A stretch of 32,000 bases of DNA, from the NCBI RefSeq assembly GCF_000008625.1, contig NC_000918.1:1320001-1352000 (forward strand). The letters run 5' to 3'. The translations under genes and the position numbers were made by a program. This stretch comes from Aquifex aeolicus VF5. GTDB taxonomy: Bacteria > Aquificota > Aquificia > Aquificales > Aquificaceae. Under the pieces are notes generated by a model that saw only the letters and a program-made list of their open reading frames with translations, ran no database searches and was not told where the DNA came from. Shown here piece after piece: positions 12,824-20,751 of this stretch (positions are counted from its first letter, which is position 1; each line of letters opens with the position of its first letter).

Positions 12824-13930
12824 CTAAAGTCTGTGGATCCTTCTCACAAAGTAAGAAATCACCTCGTACCACACCTTTACCACTTCCCAGTCTATAGCGA
12901 AGTAGTCGTCTAGCTGTGTGTGTCTGAGAGTAAAGGGATCTGATGAGAGAAAGAGTGTTTGTGCTCCCTTTTCTTTGAAGGGTACGTGGTCGCTCATTCC
13001 CGTCTTACTTTCCACAAAGGGTATATCCACCTTCATGTCCATCAAGTGTTTGAATAATTTTTCGTTGATGAGCCTTCCGTTTTCCCCGCTCGCGTCCTCG
13101 TACAGAACCGCCGGATTCTTCCAGCCTATAGAGTCGAGGTTTATCACGTAAAAGATATTCTTTGAGTGAAGGGCGTGGTGAGAAGCACCTTCCAGTCCTA
13201 GTTCTTCGCAATCCGTAAAGAGTATCCTTATCCTGAAGGGAATTTCCTGAAATCCCGCAAGTTCCCTTGACATCACGAGCAAAAGTGCTACGGAAAGACC
13301 GTTGTCTATAGCACCGTACACGAAGGGTTTTGTATCGTAATGAGCTACGAGCAAGAGCACGGGTCCCCTTCCGAACTCCACATAAAGGTTCTTCCCCTTT
13401 ATCTCCTTTTTCTCCGTTCTTATATCGAGGATTACGTTCTTTCCCTCAATTCTTTTGACTATTTCCCTAGTAGTGTTTACCGCAAAGAACTTTACGTCTC
13501 CTATAGTTCCAGAAAAGGGCACGTCCAGTTCTTCCAGAAAGGTTACCATTCCGGAAGCTTTTTTATCCCTTAAAAACTTCGCCTTTTCGGAGTCCCTCCT
13601 TCCCCCTACGGGCAGGGCTACTACCTTTCCCTTCAAATCCTTTTCTTCTTCAAGGTTTTTAAGGATTACTACTTCTCCCGATGTCTCTCCCCAAAGACTT
13701 CCGATGAGCGGAAAGGCCGGGAATTCTTCCCCTTCGCACTTTATCCTTGCAGAAACGGGAACGGTTTTAGTTACGGAAAAATCCTCCTCGTAAACCTTAA
13801 AACCTTTCCTCTTCAGATAATTTTTTATAAACTTCCTCGCTTCTTTATTCCCTTTAGTGCCGGAAAGCCTGTTTTTCCAACAAATCTCCTCGCATACTCT
13901 TTGAATTTCTTTTATCTTCTCACTTATCAT
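12824..13930 (-). CDS. M28-family Zn-dependent (amino)peptidase
   Basis: LLLVAHYDTKPFVYGAIDNGLSVALLLVMSREL, ILFTDCEELGLEGASHHAL, INLDSIG, MSDHVPFKEKGAQTLFLSS, LRHTQLDDY. Confidence 0.88.
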   Translation of the reverse strand: MISEKIKEIQRVCEEICWKNRLSGTKGNKEARKFIKNYLKRKGFKVYEEDFSVTKTVPVSARIKCEGEEFPAFPLIGSLWGETSGEVVILKNLEEEKDLKGKVVALPVGGRRDSEKAKFLRDKKASGMVTFLEELDVPFSGTIGDVKFFAVNTTREIVKRIEGKNVILDIRTEKKEIKGKNLYVEFGRGPVLLLVAHYDTKPFVYGAIDNGLSVALLLVMSRELAGFQEIPFRIRILFTDCEELGLEGASHHALHSKNIFYVINLDSIGWKNPAVLYEDASGENGRLINEKLFKHLMDMKVDIPFVESKTGMSDHVPFKEKGAQTLFLSSDPFTLRHTQLDDYFAIDWEVVKVWYEVISYFVRRIHRL

Positions 13931-14837
13931 AAACGGGCGTTAACCACTTTTTGTACCTCTGGATTTTCCCCCTTACTGCGTTAAAGTAAAACTCCTGAAG
14001 CTGTTTTGTTATAGGACCTATCTCTCCGTTTCCTATCTTCCTGTTGTCTATCTCTACCACGGGAGTCACTTCGGCAGCTGTCCCCGTCAAAAACACCTCG
14101 TCCGCGGTGTAAAGCTCACTCCTCGCTATTGGTCTTTCCTCCACCTCCACAACTAGTTCCTTTTTCAAAAGAGTTATTACCGCGTTCCTCGTTATGCCTT
14201 CAAGTATGTGTTCGTTGGGAGAAGGTGTTATGGCCTTTCCGTTTTTTATTATAAAGATATTTTCTCCCGAACCTTCCGCAACGTAGCCCTGAGAGTTGAG
14301 AAGTATAGCCTCGTCGTATCCAGACATGAGGGCTTCAGTCTTTGCAAGTGCACTGTTCACGTAGGCCCCCGCAACCTTCCAGCGGGATGGTATTGAGTTG
14401 TCGTCGTTCCTCCTCCAAGAAGAAACCTTTGCCCTTATACCCTTTGAAGTGTCTAGGTACCTGCCGAACCTGTAGAGGTATATCGCTATTTCGGGTGTGT
14501 AGTCTATTAACTTAGGAGTTAATTTCAAGTCCTTAAAGTAAGCTATAGGTCTTATGTAAACGTCCTCCCTTATCTCAGATTTTCTTAATATCTCTTTAGT
14601 AATTTCAACGAGTTCCTCAGCAGAGTAGTTTAATTCCATAAACAGACACCTTGCGTTAGTGAGGAGTCTTTCGTAGTGTTCCTTTGCAAAGAGGATGTAG
14701 AGTTGTTCCTCTTCTTCGTTCCAGTACGCCCTTATCCCTTCAAAGATGGCCGTGCCGTAGTGGAAGGAATTGGTCATTATGCTTATTTTTGCCTCTTCCA
14801 CGGGCACTATTTTGCCTTCGAAGAAAGCGAAATCCAT
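13920..14837 (-). CDS. ilvE: Branched-chain amino acid aminotransferase (track start 14855; preferred start ATG 14837, MDFAFFEGKIV)
   Basis: FHYGTAIFEGIRAYWNEEE, YIRPIAYFKD, RWKVAGAYVNSALAKTEALMSGYDEAILLNSQGYVAEGSGENIFIIK, EVFLTGTAAEVTPVVEIDNRKIG. Confidence 0.95.
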   Translation of the reverse strand: MDFAFFEGKIVPVEEAKISIMTNSFHYGTAIFEGIRAYWNEEEEQLYILFAKEHYERLLTNARCLFMELNYSAEELVEITKEILRKSEIREDVYIRPIAYFKDLKLTPKLIDYTPEIAIYLYRFGRYLDTSKGIRAKVSSWRRNDDNSIPSRWKVAGAYVNSALAKTEALMSGYDEAILLNSQGYVAEGSGENIFIIKNGKAITPSPNEHILEGITRNAVITLLKKELVVEVEERPIARSELYTADEVFLTGTAAEVTPVVEIDNRKIGNGEIGPITKQLQEFYFNAVRGKIQRYKKWLTPVYDK

Positions 14838-14845
14838 GGAAAAAG

Positions 14846-14851
14846 ATTTTA
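14846..14851 (-). promoter_or_regulatory. Candidate -10 (TAAAAT) 8 nt upstream of the SD-less ilvE start
   Basis: Minus strand: TAAAATctttttccATG. Confidence 0.4.
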
Positions 14852-14907
14852 GCATTTTTCAAGGAAATAAGTTAAACTTAAAGTATAAAAGGCAAAGGGA
14901 GGAAGTT

Positions 14908-15483
14908 ATGCAAAAAAAACACAGGCTTATTTTCCTCGCAACGGTTTTAGCCGGTTTGATACTATTCTACTTCGGTGTGGACACGTGGATGAAACAAAAA
15001 CAGGTTCAGCAAAACCAGCCTCCTCCCATAGTCATAAAGCCGGTAGCTCCCGTAAAGCCAAAAACTCAAGAAAGTAATCAAACTACAAAGAAAGAGGTAA
15101 AACAGGAGGAACAAAAGAAGGAAGAACCTAAAAAGATGGTACAAAAGCAAGAAACGCAGGAAAAGAGGGAAGTAAAAAAATCCGAGAAGAATGAGGTAAA
15201 GCAGACTCAGGAGAAAAAAGATGTAAAGGTTGCGAAAAAGGTTCCAAAAACAGAAAAGAAGGCTGCGAATTTAAGAACGTACAAGTTTCAGGTGGGGGCA
15301 TTTCGCTACAGGGAAAACGCTTACAAAATGGCAAAAATCGTGAGGAGTAAAGGTTTTGACGCTCAAGTTGTTAAGGTTGGAAGTCTTTACAGAGTTTACG
15401 CCTACGTTAAGGCTAAAAATTACTGGGAAGCGAAAAGAGAAATTAAGAAGCACTTTAAGGATGCTATATTTGTAAGGAAATGA
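14908..15483 (+). CDS. Membrane-anchored SPOR-domain protein (start ATG 14908, not the longer track ORF at 14770)
   Basis: MQKKHRLIFLATVLAGLILFYFGVDTW TM anchor; long Q/K/E/P low-complexity linker; C-terminal SPOR: YKFQVGAFRYRENAYKMAKIVRSKGFDAQVVKVGSLYRVYAYVKAKNYWEAKREIKKHF. Confidence 0.82.
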   Translation: MQKKHRLIFLATVLAGLILFYFGVDTWMKQKQVQQNQPPPIVIKPVAPVKPKTQESNQTTKKEVKQEEQKKEEPKKMVQKQETQEKREVKKSEKNEVKQTQEKKDVKVAKKVPKTEKKAANLRTYKFQVGAFRYRENAYKMAKIVRSKGFDAQVVKVGSLYRVYAYVKAKNYWEAKREIKKHFKDAIFVRK

Positions 15484-16508
15484 AAAAGGTTCTTTTACTG
15501 CTCTCTTTAATCTTACTCCTATCCTGTTTTCCCAAAGTAGAACAACGTCACTGGAAGGTTTACTACGATCTCGGAACCGCAGCTTTTGCGGCGAGGAATT
15601 ACTCGGAAGCCATCGCAAACTTCCACAAGGCTTTGAGGGCAAACCCGGACGAACCGAGGATATGGAACGCCCTCGGGCTCGCCTACATGGAGGCAAAGGA
15701 GTACAAAAAGGCGGAGGAGAGTTTTAAAAAAGCCCTTTCCATAAACCCGAACTACTCGGAAGCCAGAAAGAATTTAGGTATTCTTTACTACAAACTGGGA
15801 AGGTACGAAGAAGCCCTGAAGTACCTTCAGGAAGCGGCAAACGACGAGTACTACGAAAAGAAACACGAAGCCTTTTATTACTTGGCGAAGGTATACGAGG
15901 CAAAGCAGGACCTTAAAAATTACGTCAGGTATTTAGAAAAGGCGGTAGCCTACAACCCTAACTTTGTTCAGGCTCAGCTCGAACTTGCACAGGCTTACGA
16001 GAATTTAGGAAAGTACGAGGAGGCAGAAAAGATTTACAAAAGTCTTCTTTTGAACGGCTTTAATAAGCCATTTCTCAAGTACAAACTCGCGGAAGTTTAC
16101 TATAAGAAAGGAGATTACGAAAGGGCGAGGGAAATTATAAAGGAGCTCCTCTACAAGGAAAACCTCACCAACGAGCAGAGGGAAAAGGTAAAGGAACTCC
16201 TCACAAAAGTCCTCCTCGCTCAGCAGAGAAAACTCATAATCCCAAGAGTGCATAAACCTATTAAAAAAGAAGAAAAGAAAAAGGAAAAGTACTACGCGGT
16301 GCAACTGGGAGCCTTTTCAACGAAGGAAAGGGCGGATAAACTCGTTCAAGAGCTAAAAAGTAAAGGTTTGAGGGATTTAAGAATCCTTCCCACTGACGGC
16401 GTTTACAAGGTAATTTACGGAAGGTTTGAAACACCAGAAGAAGCCAGAAGAGCAAAGGAAGAGGTGAAAAAACTCGGAATTTACGGATTCGTCGTTGAAA
16501 TCAAGTGA
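15480..16508 (+). CDS. Lipoprotein-like TPR-repeat protein with C-terminal SPOR domain
   Basis: LLLLSLILLLSCF lipobox-like N-terminus; repeated TPRs (ARNYSEAIANFHKALRANPDEPRIWNALGLAYMEAKEYKKAEESFKKALSINPNY...); C-terminal YYAVQLGAFSTKERADKLVQELKSKG...VYKVIYGRFETPEEARRAKEEVKKLG. Confidence 0.9.
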   Translation: MKKVLLLLSLILLLSCFPKVEQRHWKVYYDLGTAAFAARNYSEAIANFHKALRANPDEPRIWNALGLAYMEAKEYKKAEESFKKALSINPNYSEARKNLGILYYKLGRYEEALKYLQEAANDEYYEKKHEAFYYLAKVYEAKQDLKNYVRYLEKAVAYNPNFVQAQLELAQAYENLGKYEEAEKIYKSLLLNGFNKPFLKYKLAEVYYKKGDYERAREIIKELLYKENLTNEQREKVKELLTKVLLAQQRKLIIPRVHKPIKKEEKKKEKYYAVQLGAFSTKERADKLVQELKSKGLRDLRILPTDGVYKVIYGRFETPEEARRAKEEVKKLGIYGFVVEIK

Positions 16509-17356
16509 GCGAACTTCCTCTTATAGGATTTCAAAGTGTTTAAAAGAAGTGCGGTTACCGTCATAGGTCCTACTCCCCCCGGAACCGGCGTTATGGCACT
16601 CGCCTTCTCCTTTACTCTTTCAAAATCAACGTCACCGACTATCTTCCCGTTTAACCTTGAAATTCCGACATCTACGACCACCGCGCCTTCCTTTATCATG
16701 TCTTCCTTTATGAGGTGAGGAACTCCCGTTGCGGAGATGAGTATATCAGCCTCTTTGGTGAACTTTTTAACGTCTTTCGTATGAATGTGGCACACGCTTA
16801 CCGTTGCGTTCCTCCAGAGCATCAAAAGGCTTAAGGGCCTTCCCACTATAAAGCCTGCTCCCACTATGGTAACGTCTTTTCCTTTTACGTCTATACCGTA
16901 GTGCTTTAGCAGGATGTCTATACCGAGGGGTGTGCAGGGTATAAAGCCGTCCTCTATCTGTGCTACGAGTTTTCCCATATTTTCGGGGTGAAAGCCGTCC
17001 ACGTCCTTTTCGGGGGATATAGAAAGGATTACCCTCGTCTGGTCTATGTGCTTTGGAAGGGGAAGTTGAACGAGTATTCCGTCCACCTCTTCGTTCATGT
17101 TGAGTTCGTATATAAGTCCGAGGAGTTTTTCTTCTGAAACGTCCTGCGGAAGATGATAAAAAAGAGACTTTATTCCAACCTTTTCGCAGGCTTTCCTTTT
17201 GTTGTTCACGTATATCTCGCTTGCAGGGTCGTTTCCTACAAGTATAACGGCGAGTGCGGGCGGTCTGAAACCCTTTGAAGTAAAATTTTCCACCTCCTTC
17301 TTTATTTCTTCCCTTATCTTCTTTGAGAGGCTCTTTCCGTCAAGTATTAGAGCCAT
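16481..17356 (-). CDS. folD: Methylenetetrahydrofolate dehydrogenase / cyclohydrolase
   Basis: ILVGNDPASEIYVNNKRKACEKVGI, DGILVQLPLPKHID, PEKDVDGFHPENMG, CTPLGIDILLKHY, VVGAGFIVGRPLS, ITPVPGGVGPMTVTALLLNT. Confidence 0.97.
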   Translation of the reverse strand: MALILDGKSLSKKIREEIKKEVENFTSKGFRPPALAVILVGNDPASEIYVNNKRKACEKVGIKSLFYHLPQDVSEEKLLGLIYELNMNEEVDGILVQLPLPKHIDQTRVILSISPEKDVDGFHPENMGKLVAQIEDGFIPCTPLGIDILLKHYGIDVKGKDVTIVGAGFIVGRPLSLLMLWRNATVSVCHIHTKDVKKFTKEADILISATGVPHLIKEDMIKEGAVVVDVGISRLNGKIVGDVDFERVKEKASAITPVPGGVGPMTVTALLLNTLKSYKRKFAHLISTTNP

Positions 17357-18308
17357 CTTTATCCACCCCGTTGAAGTTTATTTTCTCCTCAATTATGTAA
17401 GGTTTTTCTCCCCTGCTTTCGTAGTACGTCCTGACAATTAGTTCCGCTATAATCCCGGTGGATATAAGTTGAATACCGGAAAGTATTAAAAGGACTCCCA
17501 GGATGAGCAGAGGCCTGTTTCCTATGTTTTCCCCGAAGAAGAGTTTCAAAACCGTAAGGTAAAGCCCAATTAAAAATCCCAGAGTGAAAAGTATAAAACC
17601 TATCCCACCGAATACGTAAAGAGGTCTTGTTATATACTCGTTTAGGAACTTAACAAGGAAAATGTCCAGTATAACCCTTATTGTCCTGTCTATTCCGTAC
17701 TTTGACCTTCCGTATAGCCTCGGGTGGTGCCTTACGGGGATTTCTGTTATCTTTGCACCGAAGCGTTTTGCAAGAGCTGGTAGAAACCTGTGCATATCGC
17801 CGTACAGCCTGTACATCTTTGCTATGTCAGCCTTGTAAGCTTTAAGTGTACATCCGTAGTCGTGGAGTTCTACTCCCGTTACTTTTGAAATGATCCAGTT
17901 TGCTATCTTTGAAGGGAGTTTTCTCGAGAGGAAGGGATCTTTTCTATCCTTTCTCCAACCGCTCACTATGTCGTAGCCTTCTTTCATCTTCTCCAGGAGT
18001 TTAGGAATGTCTTCTGGATCGTTCTGGAGATCCGCGTCCATGGTTATTATCACATCTCCCTTTGCGTGTTCAAATCCCGCGTATATGGCAGCGGTTTGCC
18101 CGTAATTCCTCCTAAACCTTATTACCTTTACCTTTTTATCCTTATTCGCTATTTCCTTTAAAATTTCAGGAGTCCTATCTGTTGAACCGTCGTCTACGAA
18201 TATTATTTCGTAGTCTTCTCCCAAAGAATCAAGAACCTTCTTTAACTTCTCGTAAAGAACGGGAATATTTTCTTCCTCGTTGTAGGCGGGAATGACGACC
18301 GAAATCAT
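17340..18308 (-). CDS. Family 2 glycosyltransferase with two C-terminal TM helices (GtrB/ArnC/DPM1-like, probable polyprenyl-phosphate transferase)
   Basis: SVVIPAYNEEENIPVLYEKL, YEIIFVDDGSTDRTPEIL, VIITMDADLQNDPEDIPKLLEKM, VSGWRKDRKD, YGRSKYG; C-terminal TMs GGIGFILFTLGFLIGLYLTVL and ILGVLLILSGIQLISTGIIAELIVRTYYESRG. Confidence 0.93.
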   Translation of the reverse strand: MISVVIPAYNEEENIPVLYEKLKKVLDSLGEDYEIIFVDDGSTDRTPEILKEIANKDKKVKVIRFRRNYGQTAAIYAGFEHAKGDVIITMDADLQNDPEDIPKLLEKMKEGYDIVSGWRKDRKDPFLSRKLPSKIANWIISKVTGVELHDYGCTLKAYKADIAKMYRLYGDMHRFLPALAKRFGAKITEIPVRHHPRLYGRSKYGIDRTIRVILDIFLVKFLNEYITRPLYVFGGIGFILFTLGFLIGLYLTVLKLFFGENIGNRPLLILGVLLILSGIQLISTGIIAELIVRTYYESRGEKPYIIEEKINFNGVDKDGSNT

Positions 18309-18335
18309 TAGAAGAAGTATTTTATCTTAATTTGT

Positions 18336-18842
18336 ATGAAAAGGATTATCGCTCTTTTGTTTTTCTTCCTTATAGCTTTCGGATACTCACTCAGCCCTGA
18401 GGAAGAAAAGCAGTTAATAAGGGATATAGCGGAGATAAAGGCTACCCTTAAAACTTTCATGGAACAGACGGACAAGAGATTTCAGGACCTTAACCAAAGA
18501 ATAAACGAACTCAGAGAAGACATGAACAAAAGGTTTGAGCAGGTAGACAAGAGGTTTGAACAGGTAGACAAAAGATTTGAGCAGATAAACAATGAACTGA
18601 ACCGGCTCATACAGATAATGGTGGGGATATTCGCGGGACAGATAGCTTTAGTGGCAGCGGTTATAGGTTTTGCATGGTGGGACAGGAGAACGATTATAAG
18701 GAAGTCTAAGGAAGAAACCTTTGAAGAGATGGAAAAGGAATTAAGACCTGAAAAGTTCAAGAAACTCCTCAACGCCCTCAGAGAAAAGGCAAAAACCGAT
18801 AAAGAACTGGAAGCGATACTTAAAAAATACGGTTTGTTGTAA
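18336..18842 (+). CDS. Predicted membrane-anchored coiled-coil protein with heptad-repeat core
   Basis: Signal-like MKRIIALLFFFLIAFGYSL; coiled coil with NKRFEQV-DKRFEQV-DKRFEQI repeats; TM ...IMVGIFAGQIALVAAVIGFAWW; charged C-terminus. Confidence 0.75.
   Translation: MKRIIALLFFFLIAFGYSLSPEEEKQLIRDIAEIKATLKTFMEQTDKRFQDLNQRINELREDMNKRFEQVDKRFEQVDKRFEQINNELNRLIQIMVGIFAGQIALVAAVIGFAWWDRRTIIRKSKEETFEEMEKELRPEKFKKLLNALREKAKTDKELEAILKKYGLL
18525..18587 (+). repeat. Three tandem 21-nt (7-codon) imperfect units encoding (N/D)KRFEQ(V/I)
   Basis: aacaaaaggtttgagcaggta / gacaagaggtttgaacaggta / gacaaaagatttgagcagata. Confidence 0.95.
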
Positions 18843-18854
18843 GTTTTTAATAAT

Positions 18855-19262
18855 ATGAAACTCCTTGATACTACCGTACTCCTGGACTTCCTCTCGGGGG
18901 AAGAAGAGAAAGTGGAAACAATAGAGCAATTTTTTGAAGAGCTTTCCCAAAAAGGTGAAAAATTGTTCGTTCCCGAAGAGGTCATAATAGAACTCGTTTA
19001 CTTTCTGGAGCACGGATACAAATGGGAGAGGGAGGACATTTACGAAGTAGTTGAGACTATCTTAAACGACGAGCTCTTTAACGTAGAACTAAAACCCTTT
19101 ATAAGGGAGGCTATCAAGCTTTACTCAAAGAGACAGGGGACTTTCTTGGATTGTCTAAAGAGCGTAAAGGCTAAAAAGATGGGAATTAAGGAAGTGGTTT
19201 CCTTCGGGAGGAGGTTTAAAAAGCTCGGCTTCAAAACTGTAAACCCTTACGAGGAGAGTTAA
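18855..19262 (+). CDS. PIN-domain protein (VapC-like putative ribonuclease)
   Basis: MKLLDTTVLLDFLSG (first Asp), FVPEEVIIELVYFLEHG (Glu), TFLDCLKSVKAKKMGIKEVVSFGRRFKKLGF (Asp + ...VVSFGxxFKKLG PIN C-terminus). Confidence 0.82.
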   Translation: MKLLDTTVLLDFLSGEEEKVETIEQFFEELSQKGEKLFVPEEVIIELVYFLEHGYKWEREDIYEVVETILNDELFNVELKPFIREAIKLYSKRQGTFLDCLKSVKAKKMGIKEVVSFGRRFKKLGFKTVNPYEES

Positions 19263-19265
19263 AAT
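19260..19265 (+). promoter_or_regulatory. Candidate -10 (TAAAAT) 10 nt upstream of the SD-less gcvPB start
   Basis: TAAAATtattacttccATG. Confidence 0.35.
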
Positions 19266-19275
19266 TATTACTTCC

Positions 19276-20724
19276 ATGGAACTCATCTTTGAAAAATCCA
19301 AAAAGGGAAGGAAAGGTTATAAACTTCCAGAGCTGGACGTTGAAGAGGTAAATATAAAAGAATACCTTCCGGAAGAGTACTTAAGGGAAGAGCTTGACTT
19401 TCCAGAGGTTTCGGAGCTCGACGTTGTCCGCCATTACACTAACCTATCACACCTGAACTACGCCGTTGACACGACTATGGTTCCTCTCGGCTCCTGCACT
19501 ATGAAGTACAACCCGAGAATAAACGAGGAACTCGTAAATAAAAAGGAATTCTTAAACGTCCACCCGTTAACCCCAGAGGAGTACATACAGCCCCTTTTAA
19601 AGCTCGTGTACGAGTTAAAGGAACTTTTAAAGGAACTTGGAGGTTTTGCAGAAGTTTCCCTCCAGCCTGCAGCGGGAGCACACGGTGAACTCCTCGGACT
19701 TCTGCTCATTCACGCATACCATCAGGATAGGGGAAATAAAGAGAAGAAAGTGGTTTTAATCCCCGACTCCGCTCACGGAACCAACCCAGCGAGTGCTGCT
19801 ATATGCGGATTTGATATAAAGGTAGTAAAGAGCGACAAGAAGGGAGAACTTGATTTCGAAGACTTTATAAAGAAACTGGATGAGAGAGTTGCCGCTTTAA
19901 TGATAACGAACCCGAATACTTTGGGGATTTTCGAGAGGAAAATAAAAGAGATAGCTGAGGAGCTTCACAAAAGGGACGCTCTCCTTTACATGGACGGGGC
20001 AAACTTCAATGCCTTGGTTGGTAGGTTCAAACCAGGAGAGTGGGGAGTTGACGTTATGCACTTTAACCTTCACAAAACCTTCTCAACACCCCACGGAGGG
20101 GGAGGACCCGGAGCAGGACCCGTGGGCGTATCGGAGAGGTTAAAACCCTACCTCCCCGTTCCACAGATTGAGTACGACGGGAAAAAATACTACCTTAACT
20201 GGAATATAGAAAAGAGCGTAGGGAAGATCCTCGCCTTTCACGGACACTTCCTCGTCTGGCTGAAAGCCCTCGCTTACATACTCACCTACGGAAAAGACAT
20301 AAAGAAAGTTTCCGAGTACGCAGTCCTGAATGCGAGGTATTTAAAGCACCTGCTTAAAGGCGTGTTTAAGGACCCTTACCCTGAATCTCCCTGCATGCAC
20401 GAGTTTGTTCTCTCGGCTACTAACCTTACAAAGTACGGCGTCAGGGCTTCCGACGTTGCAAAGAGAATACTAGACTACGGCTTTTACGCTCCCACCATGT
20501 ACTTCCCCTTAATAGTCAGAGAAGCCTTAATGATAGAACCCACGGAAACGGAAAATCCCGACACTTTGAAAAAGTTCGCCCTAATTTTAAGGAAAATCGT
20601 TAAGGAAGCCAAGGAAAAGCCCGAAATTCTTAAGAAAGCTCCCCACAGGACACCCGTGAGGAGGATAAAGGAGGCAGAAGCCAACAGGAACTTAATCTTG
20701 AAGTTTAAAGATATAAAGGAATAG
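19276..20724 (+). CDS. gcvPB: Glycine dehydrogenase (decarboxylating) subunit 2 (P-protein C-terminal half)
   Basis: VDTTMVPLGSCTMKYNPR, SLQPAAGAHGELLGLLLIHAYH, DSAHGTNPASAAICGF, MDGANFNALVG, NLHKTFSTPHGGGGPGAGPVGV. Confidence 0.96.
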   Translation: MELIFEKSKKGRKGYKLPELDVEEVNIKEYLPEEYLREELDFPEVSELDVVRHYTNLSHLNYAVDTTMVPLGSCTMKYNPRINEELVNKKEFLNVHPLTPEEYIQPLLKLVYELKELLKELGGFAEVSLQPAAGAHGELLGLLLIHAYHQDRGNKEKKVVLIPDSAHGTNPASAAICGFDIKVVKSDKKGELDFEDFIKKLDERVAALMITNPNTLGIFERKIKEIAEELHKRDALLYMDGANFNALVGRFKPGEWGVDVMHFNLHKTFSTPHGGGGPGAGPVGVSERLKPYLPVPQIEYDGKKYYLNWNIEKSVGKILAFHGHFLVWLKALAYILTYGKDIKKVSEYAVLNARYLKHLLKGVFKDPYPESPCMHEFVLSATNLTKYGVRASDVAKRILDYGFYAPTMYFPLIVREALMIEPTETENPDTLKKFALILRKIVKEAKEKPEILKKAPHRTPVRRIKEAEANRNLILKFKDIKE

Positions 20725-20751
20725 AATTTAAATTTCTCGGAGGTAAAGACC

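Noticed and set aside
15000-15250. Low-complexity KE/QK stretch as a possible non-coding repeat
   Set aside because: It is the in-frame linker of a TM-SPOR protein; no exact DNA repeat unit visible.
18525-18587. Short tandem repeats as possible CRISPR
   Set aside because: Direct abutting 21-nt units in frame with no spacers; coding heptad repeats, not CRISPR.
18482-19013. Minus-strand ORFs opposite the coiled-coil and PIN genes as possible antitoxin
   Set aside because: Ser/Phe/Leu-rich mirror of EK-rich coding, no DNA-binding motif, not supported as VapB-like.
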